NCBI RefSeq assembly: GCF_006345805.1
Contig: NC_042998.1
Span: forward strand, 100,006,001 to 100,070,000
Origin: Octopus sinensis
Taxonomy: Eukaryota
Reading direction: 5' to 3'
DNA length: 64,000 nt
How positions within the stretch are numbered: position 1 is the first letter of the stretch; the number at the start of each line of letters is the position of its first letter. Below, one piece after another: positions 22,931 to 36,500 of the stretch. The translations under genes were made by a program, and so were the position numbers. The notes beneath the pieces were generated by a model. It ran no database searches and was not told the DNA's origin. It was given only the letters and a program-made list of their open reading frames with translations.

Positions 22931-24899
22931 TCTGTGGCTGTAAATTAAGGCGGGGTGTCTCAAAATATTGCTTAACTTTTGTTGGAGTATCTTAGTTAAC
23001 ATTGACACACTTAGGGTCATTCTGTTTTGCACAGTTAAAAATTAAGGTGTCGAATAATCTATTATTTCTTGATCTATATTGAAAAGAGGTGATAATTGTT
23101 CTTTTTTTATATTAATTATCTAAATCAATTCTTTAAATTTGGTATTATCTAAAATTTTATTTTATCAAATTAATTGCATTGCCTTTTTGCAAGGAAGCAA
23201 TTAAATCATGATGATATTTTAAATAGGGGGTCTATATGTCAGGATGACCACCACAATCACCAGCTAATAATGGTGGACACACTCATTACTTGCATCAAAT
23301 TTCTCCAATGCTGGGTATCTGAGGGAGAGAATTTAGAAAGGGTCCTGGATCCTATGTATACATATGCAACATTTGTCTCAGACATCAACAAATCGCAGGT
23401 ACTTTATGCAGTTTTATATTGCTCACATAAATCACTGAAAAAAGGCAACAAATCTCCTTTGATGATATATGTAACTGGCATACAGGGATTAGTGAAGGGA
23501 TTATTGCTTTCTAAGCAGCCAGCTTTGAGATAGTTGAGAGATTATAAAAATAATAGTAATGATGATATATTCATACTGAAAAGAGTTCATAGTCCAGTCT
23601 CAGAGAATTTTATGAACTCTGTATCTATCTTTGTGTATCCTGTAATCCATAAGTGTAAAAGGGTACTGCATTATTGTGTATATAGGTCAAGTTAACCTGT
23701 CAAAATCCATCTCTCTTTCTCTCTCTCAGCCACGCCCATGGAAGATATTAAACTCAACTCTACAAGTTAATGAAATACATGTAAATTATACAGAGGTGTC
23801 ACAGCCTAACGCATTGAGTTGCACCATCTCATTGTATCTGTTTACTCAAAGTCGACTTGAGCATCCACTATTTAAGTGCTTTTGGTCATGGTTACTATAA
23901 AATATCACTGGGTAGATACAAATTATGGATCATTCATCCAGAATCTTATAAAACTAAAGAATTAACTAAGATAACCATACTAAATTAATAAGTATCTATT
24001 ATGACTTAAATTTCTTTTTTTTATTTTACAGATGTTGGTACATGTAACAACTCAACAGCAATGTTGCTTCCAGAATATGTGCCATCAATGGTATTTTGTG
24101 TGTTGACTGTGTGAGCAATTCTTTGATAAAACTCTTAGCTTACACAAAGATATCTATCTGCATCTTTTGAACGGCTAATTAAACATCCATTTATGTATTT
24201 GCTGAATTTTATAAACATAATATCTACAAAATCAAAATCATCCTTGCTAACAGGATTTTACACGTGGATTATTGAAGTGAAACAGTGATTTCCAAGGTAG
24301 GTTTATTTAATGAATGAAATAGATTTGGCATAATTTGAAGTGAGGGTGTTGTCATTGTTGTTGTTTAAACCCAGATCAGCTTTGATCAAGCAAACCTATG
24401 ATAGAAGCCATCTCATCATTTTACGAGCATCTAGAACAACTTTGTCCAATGTGTCCTTTTTCAATAAGCATCATCATCATCATCATTTTAACATCCACTT
24501 TTTTATGCTTGCATGGGTCAGACAAAATCTGTTGAAGCAAATTTTCTGTGGCCGGATGCTATTCCTGTTGCTAACCCTCATCTGTTTCCAGACAAGCTTC
24601 TATTTTCTTGGTTCCTCAAATATGAACAACACAATGGCCAGGCATGTTTTTAAAGAAGATTACAAATAAACAACACAGTTTGTTAACAATTAGTGCATGA
24701 TGTCACAGAGACACACACACACACACATGTATGCATGTACATATTCAAATATATCATCATCATTACTTTTATGTCCATTTTCCCATGCTTGCATAGGTTG
24801 GATGAGTCCTCTCTAACACAGCATCCCACTACTTGTTGCATTCATGATTGGGCAAAAATCACAAAAGAGATGACAAATCATCCCTTTTGTGAGATTTGC

Positions 24900-25501
24900 C
24901 TTCACCACTTCTGCCGAAGTCTCCCTTAGACTTCCTTTTTCATTGGATCCATCCACATGAATTTCCTGGCACTTCTCCACCCATGTCTCATTTTACCACA
25001 TTCATTACTTGTCCATACCAGTGTAGCTGTCACTCCTAACTGCACTTTTGTATTCAGTTTTTCTCCCACCTCATCTATGCCTTGTTCATGAATAGCAACG
25101 TTACACATCCAGTGAGTCATGCTTGTTTTGGTTCTTTCCAACCTTTACATATCCTTTGCATTCAATGCTTACACCTCACAACCTTGTAGCATCACAATTT
25201 GTATGCATGCACCATACAAACCACTTTTCATTTGGAGATAATTCCCCTTCTTGCCAGCAGTGGTATTGGCTCCTTGAACTTTTACCACACTATTCTGTTT
25301 CTAGCCACTGTGCTTTCAGTATACCTTTCCCCACTACTGATTAGATTCCCTAAGTAACAGATGCTATGAATTACTTCTATTGATCCATCTAAGCATTAAA
25401 ATAAATTTACTTCACTCCTTGGGCAAGTGTCTTCTACTATAGCCTTAGGCCAACCAAGGCCTTGTGAGTGGATGTGGTAGACAGAAACTGTAAGAAGCCT
25501 G

Positions 25502-25537
<36 letters not shown>

Positions 25538-28500
25538 GTATGTCTGTGTTTGTCCCTCCTCCATTGCTTGACAACTGATGTTGGTGTGTTTACGTCCCCG
25601 TAACTTAGCCATTCAGCAAAAGAGACTGACAGAATAAATACTAGCTTACAAAGAATAAGTTCTGGGGTCAATTTGTTCAACTAAAGACGGTGCTCCAACA
25701 TGACCACAGTCAAATGAGTGAAACTGGTTAAAGAATAAAAACAAAAAATTGATGGTTTGTCTGCCTTTGATTCCACTACACTTCTTGTGCACCCAGAGAT
25801 CATGAAGGGTACACTGTTTGAAGTTTCTACCTTCTCTTTTTCTGCATATCAAGCACAGCTATTTCCTTGATACTATCATTATCCTGTCTTCTTTCCTGTT
25901 TACTGAAACTATAGCCTCCATTAAGTTTATTCTGAGGTTTCTTGATTCTGGCTTCTTCCACAGATTCTGTTATAAGAACTATGTCATCAGTATACAGGAT
26001 CTCTTATGGGCATCAAGTCTTAAACTTGACTGTTACGGCTAGGAGGACTGTAATAAATAGGAGTGGGTGGGACTGAGAACCAAGCCCCGATGGACATTTG
26101 TCTGCTCTCAATATTCATTGCTGAACTCATTGCCAACTCTCATTTGGCTTACTGTGTCTCTCTACATGGCTTACACTGCTTTTACCAATTATTTTTCAGT
26201 TCCTAGTTTTCTTGGTGACCACCAGATTATTGGTTATAATATTCTATTAAAGATCTCTAGATCAGCAAATGCTGGATGGAGAGGATTCCTCTTGACCAGA
26301 AAGTTCATTTGCAGTTGTCTCTGTGTAGAGAGCATCTGTGGTACTCTGACTTGAGTCAAATCTGAACTGCATCTCTTCTAAGTGGAATTTATCTCCTGTC
26401 AGTTGTGCTAAAATTTGGCCCATCAGTTTGGTACCTCAGGAATTGTTGCTTTCTAGTGCATTTCCTTTCCTATGCTTTTATACCCTGTGTAACTTTGTTG
26501 ATTATGTAAATGAGTAGCTCAAGCCTATATCTCTGAATATTTTAGTATCTCAGCAACTATACAACTGCTTTCTTTGATATCATATCTTTAATGGCCATTT
26601 TAGCCATGTAACTATCACCTCAATAAATTGTCTTTCAGTTTGGTAAACTTAAGATCTTCTTTTCACATATTTTCCACATTCAACAATCTCTTGTAGTGAT
26701 GTCTCCAAGCATCTCTCTTCTCATTAACAGCTAGGGAATGTGCACTACTCTCATTTTGGATACTCTTTTCCCCAACAATATTTTGATTCACCATTATATA
26801 GGGTGTTTCAAAAAATTTGATATCATTTGAGATGTAAATATCACAGAAACTACATAGTCAAAGCAAATGAAACTAAACAGACTTGCTGTTGAGCAACATA
26901 AGTTTTATTCCTCCAAGTTTGAATGAGAAATTCAAAGGTATGTGGATTCCATGAACAATTTCGCAAATGTTCAATATGAGCACTGTCTGAGACATGGCAC
27001 ACATCAAGTTGGTAGTCCAGCTCCTCTGAAACACACTGCAGCATGTTTTGAGTAACAGGCTCCAGTGCAGTAGTTCCTCTAGGTTTGGAGGAAGAGTGGG
27101 GGACATAGACCAGGCCCTTCACATAGCCCTATATTTGCACTTTTGCTTGTCATCTGCCGTTATGGGCCTGAATGAGCTGCAGCCTGTAGGGTTTCATTAG
27201 CAAGCGTTTCCTCAGGACATGCTAAACTGTCATTGAAGGAATCTGGGTTTCCAGACTTGTTCCTCTTATGAACTTCTTGGGGCTTCGCAAGAGTTTTTGG
27301 CAAACCTGCTTGACCATTTCTTCTGATTTTAGTGGTCGTCCAAATCCTTTTGCCCTGCACAGACAGCCTTTCACTTTGAATTGTTTGTGCTATGTCCAAA
27401 TCTGCTTGCCGTTGGTGACTTTTTAGAGAATCTGTCACAAATGCACGCTGCACAGTCTTGTTCGACTGTGTTCAAGCCTGCAACAGACAAAGCACCTTTT
27501 CTTTTCCAGTGAATGCCATTTCTGTACCTGAAAAGATAAACATATCAAACATTAAACATAATATTTTGACCCGTTTCTACACATGCTGTTAAAATTTGAA
27601 GTCATTTGAACAAGAACTGACTAAATTATTAGGTTGTGAAATAATATCAAATTTCTCAAAACACCCTGTACATTGTTTTAGTAAGTCAGAGAACCATCTC
27701 TGATCCTCCCAATACTAAACATCAGCAAGCCTCCTCCTTTCAGCTTCTTTCTGCATAATATACACTCATCACCTAGCTTCACTTTTAGCATCATGATATT
27801 CCTCTTTGCTGCTCCTTTTCTTCTGTTTTTTCCTGGCTTGTCATATCTTTTATGACTCTACCCAAGTTTGTGTTTGGTGTTGTTCATGCCTTGTTTCAGT
27901 CATAGATTTGGTCTGTAACTTTCAATAAGTTATCCATAGAAACTACCAATTGTTCTTTCTCATTTTCTCTTCATTGTACACATCCTCTAGTATTGCTCTT
28001 AACATATATTTAATAGAAGGCTGTTTCAACTTTTACAGCTTCCTTCTTTAGACTGGTTTTTGTCTCTTAGTCTGTTTAACTCTTATCCTCCAGCCACTAC
28101 TATGTCCTTTCCTCCTCTTGAAGACTGTACTGCTCAACATAAGCTACTGATTACCAGTAGTTTAGGTTGAGTGGTATGGACATAGTATTTGCAATCATTT
28201 GTCAGTGAAAATGAAGTCTATTTGGCTTGCATGTTCATTTGATTGGAAGGTGTCAAGTTACAATTGGTTGGTTCATTTGGATTATAGAATTCCAGAATTC
28301 TTGATGCAGTTTTCACTTCTACCATATACTCCAAGGTAGCTATTATGATACTGCTATCATGTCTATTGAAGTACCAACCAAGATAATGCTGTCACTATCA
28401 TTTCTTAGTGAAGTGGTATGCAAGAGTATCTTATAGAAGCAGTTCTTTTGTTCATCAGTTAGAACCAATTGTGGAGCATAATCAGTGATAACATCACTGT

Positions 28501-28850
28501 ATTTTGCTTCTAATTAGTTTAAGTTTAATCATTCTGTCATATACTGTGGTTACTTCTGTTACTTTATCCATTTTATTGCCATCAGAATACCAACTTCACC
28601 TAAATCAGCATTTTTATGTATCCAGAAGAATAGGCAAGGAACATTTCCTTGCCTATGGGGAATCTGGTTGATACTTCTCTCCAACTCTCTTGCACGCTGT
28701 ACTCATCCACTTGCCTCTGTTCAAGCATTTCTATAATCTAATTAGACCTATCTTTCATTGCACCTACATTAATGATTGCACCTGTAAAGAATTTTGATAC
28801 CCATTGGTGGGATGGTTGATACTTAATGCCACTTTGGTGTTCTTGAAATA
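24900..28850 (-). mobile_element. Old degenerate RTE LINE carrying nested SINE (about 25410-25740) and mariner insertions
   Basis: Minus-strand remnants GRNFKQCTLHDLWVHKKCSGIKG and EEYHDAKSEAR typical of the RTE ORF; many stops; boundaries approximate. Confidence 0.65.
26799..27668 (-). mobile_element. Internally deleted Tc1/mariner element (transposase pseudogene)
   Basis: TA|TAGGGTGTTTCAAAAAATTTGATATCA ... TAATATCAAATTTCTCAAAACACCCTG|TA; minus strand ATG at 27519 MAFTGKEKVLC..KQIWT*HKQFKVKGCLCRAKGFGRP, and C-terminal MLQCVSEELDYQLDVCHVSDSAHIEHL; catalytic core deleted. Confidence 0.9.
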
Positions 28851-28875
28851 AAGCTGTCATGAGTGTGTATGTGTA

Positions 28876-28908
<33 letters not shown>

Positions 28909-28930
28909 GTATAAATATATATATATATAT

Positions 28931-29120
28931 CATCATCATCATCATCATCATCATCGATTAGCGTCTGTTTTCCATGCTAGCATGGGTTGGACGGTTCTAC
29001 TGGGGGTCTGTGAAGCCAGAAGGCTTCATCAGGCCCAGTCAAATCTGGCAGTGTTTCTACGGCTGGATGCTCTTCCTAACGCCAACCACTCCGTGAGTGT
29101 AGTGGGTGCTTTTTACGTGC

Positions 29121-29122
<2 letters not shown>
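28931..29122 (-). mobile_element. RTE-tail SINE-like copy ending in a (TA)n array
   Basis: (CAT)n tail plus core, roughly 88-90 percent identical by eye to 30075-30250 in opposite orientation. Confidence 0.85.
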
Positions 29123-29490
<368 letters not shown>

Positions 29491-29497
29491 ATATTGG

Positions 29498-30250
29498 TGA
29501 AGCACGACCTTCGAACTTTAGGTCTCACCAAGGAAATGACTAGAGACCGAGACCTATGGAAGTATGCTGTGCGTGAGAAGACCTGGCAAGACTAGTCAGG
29601 CCATAACCTGACCCGTGGCCCCTACCTGGGACGTAGTCAGTCCACCTGTGCATACCTTCCTTCTTGTGACACTTGTGAAGACCTGTTGAGGCAAGTGAAA
29701 ATCAAAAAATCAAAAAATCAAACAAAATCAAAATAGATGAACATCAATGGAATTTGTATCCTTGTGGTACCAGTGCCGGTGGCACACAAGAAAACCATCC
29801 GAAGTTGGCCGTAGCCAGTACTGCACCCGTAACAATCACCATCCGATCGTGGCCGATCGCCAGCCTCATCTGGCTCCTGTGTCGGTGGCACATAAAAAAC
29901 ACCATCCGAGCGTGGTCGTCTGCTAGCTTTGTCTGGCACCTGTGTCGGTGGCACATAAAAACACCATCCGAGCGTGGCCGTTCGCCAGCCTCGTCTGGCA
30001 CCTGTGTTGGTGGCACATAAAAACACCATCCGAGCATGGCCGTTCGCCAGCCTCGTCTGGCACCTGTGTCGATGGCACATAAAATCACCCACTACACTCT
30101 CGGAGTGGTTGGCGTTAGGAAGGGCATCCAGCTGTAGAAACACTGCCAGATCTGACTGGCCTGGTGCAGCCTTCGGGCTCCCCAGACCCCAGTTGAACCG
30201 TCCAACCCATGCTAGCATGGAAAGCGGACGTTAAATGATGATGATGATGA
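29498..30250 (+). mobile_element. Young 5'-truncated RTE LINE: ORF end, 3' UTR with about five 62-bp subrepeats, (GAT)n tail
   Basis: KHDLRTLGLTKEMTRDRDLWKYAVREKTWQD* (RT C-terminus) then CpG-rich tandem units. Confidence 0.88.
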
Positions 30251-30664
30251 TATATATATATATATATATATATTATTGATAAACACAAAATTCTGTCTGT
30301 CTGACCGTCTAAGACCCCTGTATCTCAGTCTACATTTGCACAACAATAGACATATTATACCTTTTTGAAATCAGGATGATCTTGGGATTGAAAATCTGCT
30401 TGAACACCCACTATTGAGATCAGGTCTGAACGAGTATTTGTTATATGCTAACATTTGAAAATTCAAATTTTAAAAGAACTCAAAAAAGTTTGGGAATTTA
30501 CAAGTTTTTCATTTAATCTGCATTTGAAGTAGGGTACTAATAAATGTTTTATTATTGTTTTCTTTAGTTTTGGGCTGCAGGCCCAGCTAACCCTCTGGAG
30601 GAGCTATCTCAAAAGTCTGCACAGAGTGCTGCTTTTAAGTTAGTATACACACACATACACGCAC

Positions 30665-30696
<32 letters not shown>

Positions 30697-31579
30697 GAGT
30701 AAAATAAGATAACAAAGGAATATATGATTATCTTGTGAACTTCAGTAGCTTACCGCTGTTTCTGCTATAAGATGCAGTTGAGTGCCTGAATAACACCTTA
30801 TAGCTTCATCGGATCCTCGAAATATGAAGTGCAATTTATTGTCATCATTATCATCATTGTTTAACGTCCACCTTCCATGCTAGCATAGGTGGGACTGTTT
30901 AACAGGAGCTGGCAAAGCAGAAGCCTGCACCAGACTTCTGTAACTGTTTTGGCAGGATTTTTACAGCTGGATGCCCTGCCAAATGTCAATCGCTTTACAG
31001 TGTGGACTGGATGCTTTTTAAGCGGCACCTGTATTGACAGGGTCACCAAGTAACTTGCAAGACTTGCAAAAATCTTTTGAAGCGAGGAGGTGATCTTGTG
31101 TCAGATAATGAGACAGAGAGACAGAAACAGGTGTCTTGCTGTAGTGGTGAGAGAGAGAGAGAGAGAGAGAGAGATCAGGGATGAAGACAGAAACAGGTGT
31201 GCTGCCGCAAAGGAAATATATAAGAACCATGCCGAAACAGACAGTGGAGCTCGGTGCAGTCCTGTCAAACTATCCAATCTATGCCAGCATGGAAGGCAGA
31301 TGTGATGATGACGACGATGTACATAATATTAGAATAAGAAACTACCAATAGTTTTTTGCTATTAAGGCACGTGGTTAGGCAAGTTTTTATAACATGACTT
31401 GTGTCTTCAAGATTGCTTGAAGACAAGAGGCACATTACAAAACCTACCTAACCACATGTCTTAATGGCAAGGAACTATTAGTAGCTCTTACTGTAATACA
31501 GTATACATTAAATGATATTTCTATCTCATTGGATGAAGTACTTTTTTTGTTGACCTTACCTTAATGGAACAGTAAGCAC

Positions 31580-31700
<121 letters not shown>

Positions 31701-31702
31701 AT

Positions 31703-32270
31703 CATCATCATCATCGTTTAGCGTCCGCTTTCCATCCTAGCATGGGTTGGACGGTTCAACTGGGGTCTGGGAAGCCAGAAGGCTGCACCAGGCCCAGTCT
31801 GATCTGGCAATGTTTCTACAGCTTGATGCCCTTCCTAACGCCAATCACTCTGTGAGTGTAGTGTGTGCTTTTTACGTGCCACTGGCACGGAGGCCAGGCG
31901 AGGCTGGCAACAGCCACACATATATTGGTAGTGAAGGCACATGCCTCTGTGGTTTGTGTCAAGCTCACAATCATGAGGTTGTGAATTCGATTCCCTGACT
32001 AAGCTGTGTTGTGTTCATGAGCAAAACACTTTATTTCATGTTGCTCCAGTTCACTCAGCTGTAGAAATGTGTTGCGATGTCAATGGTGCCAAGCTGTACT
32101 GGCCTTTGTCTTTCTCTTGAATAACATTGCTGGTGTGAAGAGAGGAGGCTGGTATGCATGGGCAGCTGCTGGTCTTCTGTAAACAACCTTGCCCAGTCTT
32201 GTGTCTCAGAGGGGAACTTTCTAGGTGCAATCCTATGGTCATTCATAACTGAAGGATGTCTTTACCCTTT
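31703..32270. mobile_element. RTE-tail copy (31703-31918, -) abutting a tRNA-derived SINE (about 31925-32270, +)
   Basis: Shared cores with the copies at 59875 and 9464 respectively. Confidence 0.8.
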
Positions 32271-32341
32271 TGGTAGCTTTTTATCAATCAAGTGCACCTC
32301 AGAAAAGGATGTGGAACACAGAATTGGGGCTACACATGGAG

Positions 32342-32382
<41 letters not shown>

Positions 32383-32486
32383 CGTGACCGACCACGTTAT
32401 CAGATGTTGCTATACATCGCTGGTCACAATGCGCTTCACATTGTTTTAGCCTTCGAATGACGCCACCCCGCTGGCTAAGCGAGCAG

Positions 32487-32525
<39 letters not shown>

Positions 32526-32634
32526 CAGCTATTTTTGAGACCATCTTCCTTGTTTTTGCTACTTAGATGTTCTCATCAGTTTAAGTTTATTCTGAACTTT
32601 TTCTCATTCTGTTGTCCAATTCTTTGTCTTCTAG

Positions 32635-32800
32635 ATGACTACGGAATACTGTCGACAAATGCTACGGGTTGTTGTGGCCCAAATCTGCCAACATCTAGGA
32701 TGGCATTCTACCAATTCCACTCCACTTGAAGTTCTTACTGATGTGACAGAGCGATATATTCTTGATGTTAGTAAACTAACTCACCAGTATGCTGAACAGT
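32635..32800 (+). CDS. TAF3: TAF3 (TFIID subunit 3) coding exon 1, histone-fold / bromodomain-associated domain
   Basis: cttctag|ATG ... T|gtaagt; MTTEYCRQMLRVVVAQICQHLGWHS...LTDVTERY matches TAF3 YSRSLLRVSVAQICQALGWDS...LTDVLQRY. Confidence 0.96.
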
Positions 32801-33217
32801 GTAAGTTTTTATTAATTACAACCAGCTTTTTATTTTTTGTTGTTTTTTTTTCTAGGGGAATATTTTTTTGAATATTTATTGAGTTGATGGTGATTAAATA
32901 TCAAATGTATGAAACTAGAACAAAATGAAGCATGTTTTTTTCAATTAATTGTGTTTCTAAGTTATGATCTGCTCTCCATTTATATAATATACACTCATAA
33001 CATGTAAACAGAACACAAGTGACAGATTATTTGGATCAAGAAACCTCTGCAAGTGTTCATAGGTTTTTAAAGAAGATTGTCTAAAATTCACATATGACAT
33101 ACATTTATAATATGAGTAAATAAGGGAATTTCTACTTAGTTGTTTCACATGCTAGAAACAGCAGCCAAATCTCCCTCACCTCATATCTTCTGGTCTTAAA
33201 ATGCGAAAGGGACATAA

Positions 33218-33500
33218 TTTAATGTCCGTTGTCCATGCTGGCATGGGTTGAACAGCTTGACTGGGCTGGCACGCTAGAAGGCTGCACCAGGATCCTGTCT
33301 GATTTGGCATGGTTTTCTTTGGCTGGATGCCCTTCTTAACACCAACCACTCCGAGAGTGTAATGGGTACTTTTATGTGCCACTGGCAAGACACCAGTATC
33401 TGCCAGGACGGCAATTTTGCTCAGCTTGATGGGTCTTCTTCTCAAGCACGACATAATGCCAGAGGTCTTGGTCATTGCCTCCGTGAGGCCCAAACTCCAA
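33218..33500 (-). mobile_element. RTE-tail fragment in TAF3 intron 1
   Basis: ttaatgtccgttgtccatgctggcatggg...ggatgcccttc core. Confidence 0.75.
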
Positions 33501-36500
33501 AGATTTACGATAATATAGTATTAGACATATATGCTTTAAACAAAGATGAAATGATCAGGGCTTGAATACTTTTATTCATTAGTCTGCTTAACAGAAGCTG
33601 GGGGACAAAGAACCAACATTTATATATGAAACCCCATTATAATAAACATCAATACAAAGAATTTTTCTATCCAGCAATATTTTTTTCAATTCTTGGCCAT
33701 TATGCTATTAAAAAGATGCTGAAGTAATTTTGTCACAACAAATATTTCAATACATCAAAATAAAACTAAGCCCCTGTCAACCAAAGATTTTTGCTTAAGA
33801 AAAATATTTTTGAGATAATAGTCTTATAAAGTCAGACATACAATGCAGAATATTGATTGAAGCACAATGTAACTATTAGAAGTCTGAACCACAGGGTTTC
33901 AGGTTCAGTGCCACTATGTGGAACCTTGGGCAAGTGTCTTTAACTATAACCTTGGGTCTACCAAAGCCTTCCAGTCAATTTGGTAGATGTGTGTGTGTGT
34001 GCGTGTATGTGTGCATGATACTCTCTCCTTGTCTTGACATCATACAGTATTTCTAAATGAGTGACACCATCATGCAAGCGGTGTCCTTTGTTTCCAAACT
34101 TTTCTAAAAACATGTCCGGTTAAGGAGAAATGTTACCTTCCCAGGAGACAGGTAAGGGTTGGCAACAGGAAGAGCATGTGGTTGTAAAAAAATCCACCTC
34201 CACAAAATTCTGTTTGACTCATGCAGGCATAAAAAAATGAGAATTAAACCAATGAGGATATACATTTATGTATGTATACAGGCTTGTCCTTTACAGGTGC
34301 TAGTACCGGTACAACATAAAATGCACTTGTGCCGGTGCTGCCTAAATGCACTCGTGCCAGTGGCATGGAAAGAGCACCTAGCACACTCTATAAAGTGGTT
34401 GGCATTAGGAAGGGCATCCAGCTATAGAAACCATGCTATAAGAAACAATTGGTGTCTGGTCAGCTCCTGTCAAACCATCCAACCCATGACAGCATGGAAA
34501 GCAGACGTTAAAAAATGATGATGATATATGTATGTATAATATATATATATATATATATATCTAATGTAATAAATGCGAAAACTACTTTCTGTGTGTCAGT
34601 GTATCACACTTTGACCCCTTCTCTCACTATTCAATGACATTTCTACTATTGCTCATGCTGGGGTGAGAGTAATAGTAGGCATAGAGATGGTGAGGGTGGT
34701 GGCGAAGACAGAAAGAAAAAGGGAGGGAGAGAAAGAGAGACAAAAAATTTAGGGAGAGTTGATGATGTTTTATTAAAAGTAGTAGTGTTGATGGTAGCAG
34801 TGGGGGTAATAATGAGAACAAGTGGGTATGTGAGAGAGAAAGGGACTGTACACTCAACCTGCATACTGAAATAACATACCGAACAAACATACTGAACACT
34901 GATGGTAATGGGGTGATAGAAATAATATAAGCTGTGGTTGTGATAGAGGCGGAGGTGGTGGTGGTAGCCGAGGCATTCAGGGTTGACAGTGGGAGTAAGC
35001 GATGTGAAAGACAGTGGTAATGGTGGTGGTGGAGGGGAAGGTGACAAAGTCAAAGGTATTGATAATGATGGCATCAGAAGTCTGAATGGTGTGTGTATGG
35101 CAGATGTGGTGGTACTGTTGTTTGTCATGCGGCTTTGCAATAAGTTCCAAGTTGACAAATTATATCATTGTTTTGATGAAAATTATTCATTGCTTGAAAA
35201 ATATTGTTCAAGTTTAATAAAATTTGATATGTACTCAATGCATGAAGTGTCATTGTTGGTCCCAAGGCCTAATGAAGAGCCCTCCAAGGAGCTAGCTTAA
35301 AAGTTAATCCGATTCATTTTATTCTGTGCACATGTGTGCTATTTCAGTTGAACAAAGAATCAGAAATTATTTATCAATTTAAAATGTATTTTTTTAAGAA
35401 TGAAAGTATTCCAACCATGACTATCCTTTCTTTTTTCAAATTCAAATTTCAACTCAAACTGGGGCCATAATTTTATAATAAATGAAAATTAATAAAATTT
35501 AAAACACTTTATGATAAAACAATTTAATATGTAATATTGTGATATAATGCAATTCAAAATAGTAGTTTTTATATATGTATACTTACATCCTGGGTAATAC
35601 AAACACTTATGTCTATCTATTTAAGAGCTTCATAGGCATTCCTTCATTGATGATGCTCAAGACTTCAATATTAAAACCAGCCTGATGTTGATTAATATAT
35701 AATATATTGATTGACACCAGCCTGACTTTGATTACCAAAGATGATTGTTGTGAAAATTTTTTAAATATGTTAAGAGTTAAGAGATGGAAATAATGAATAA
35801 TAGGTTAAACTGCTGCTATTTATTTTTGCCTTTGTTGTGTTGCATATGTATGCTGTATAATATGTAGTTTTACATCTACTGTACAAAATCTATTTATATT
35901 TACAGTGATGCAACGATTTTTATTATTTAAATCTTGTAATCCTTTAGAAAACTTAATGTTTACATTATTTTACAACCCTGTGACGAGTAATCACTGATGT
36001 TAGTGTGTGTTCATTAAAAAGATTTGTCCTATCCTGCTATGATGATATTTAAGTTGATGACATTGTTAGTGAGCCTGATGATAATGAAACTGAGGCAAAC
36101 AATTATTAGTGAGGTGTTGACAAGGCTGAGGTTGAAAATGTCAACTACGAGGGGGAAAATCCTGTATACATGCAGACATGACTGTGTTTGCTTCCTGACA
36201 ACATGGTTTCAGGTTCAATCCCACTGCATGGCATCTTGAGTAATTCTTTTCTACTATAACCCTGAACCAACCAAAGCCTTGTGAATGAATGTGCTAGATA
36301 GAAAGTGAAAGAAGCTCATCAAATGTGTGTATGTATATATATATATATACTACATAAATAATATTTTTATAAACAAGTTACAGAGTTCAGTCAGTTGTTT
36401 ATATTTAAAAATTGTCACTTCAAATCAGAGAATAAATATCATTATGACATATATTATATTCAGTTATATATATAACAATCAATAATATGTATGAAGAAAA

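Noticed and set aside
23174-23533. 119-aa plus-strand ORF in the TAF3 leader intron
   Set aside because: Non-ATG start in the track, no recognisable family, no convincing flanking splice sites.
29790-30090. CRISPR-like regularly spaced palindromic repeats
   Set aside because: Units are contiguous near-identical 62-mers without unique spacers, lie inside a LINE 3' UTR, and there are no cas genes in this eukaryotic context.
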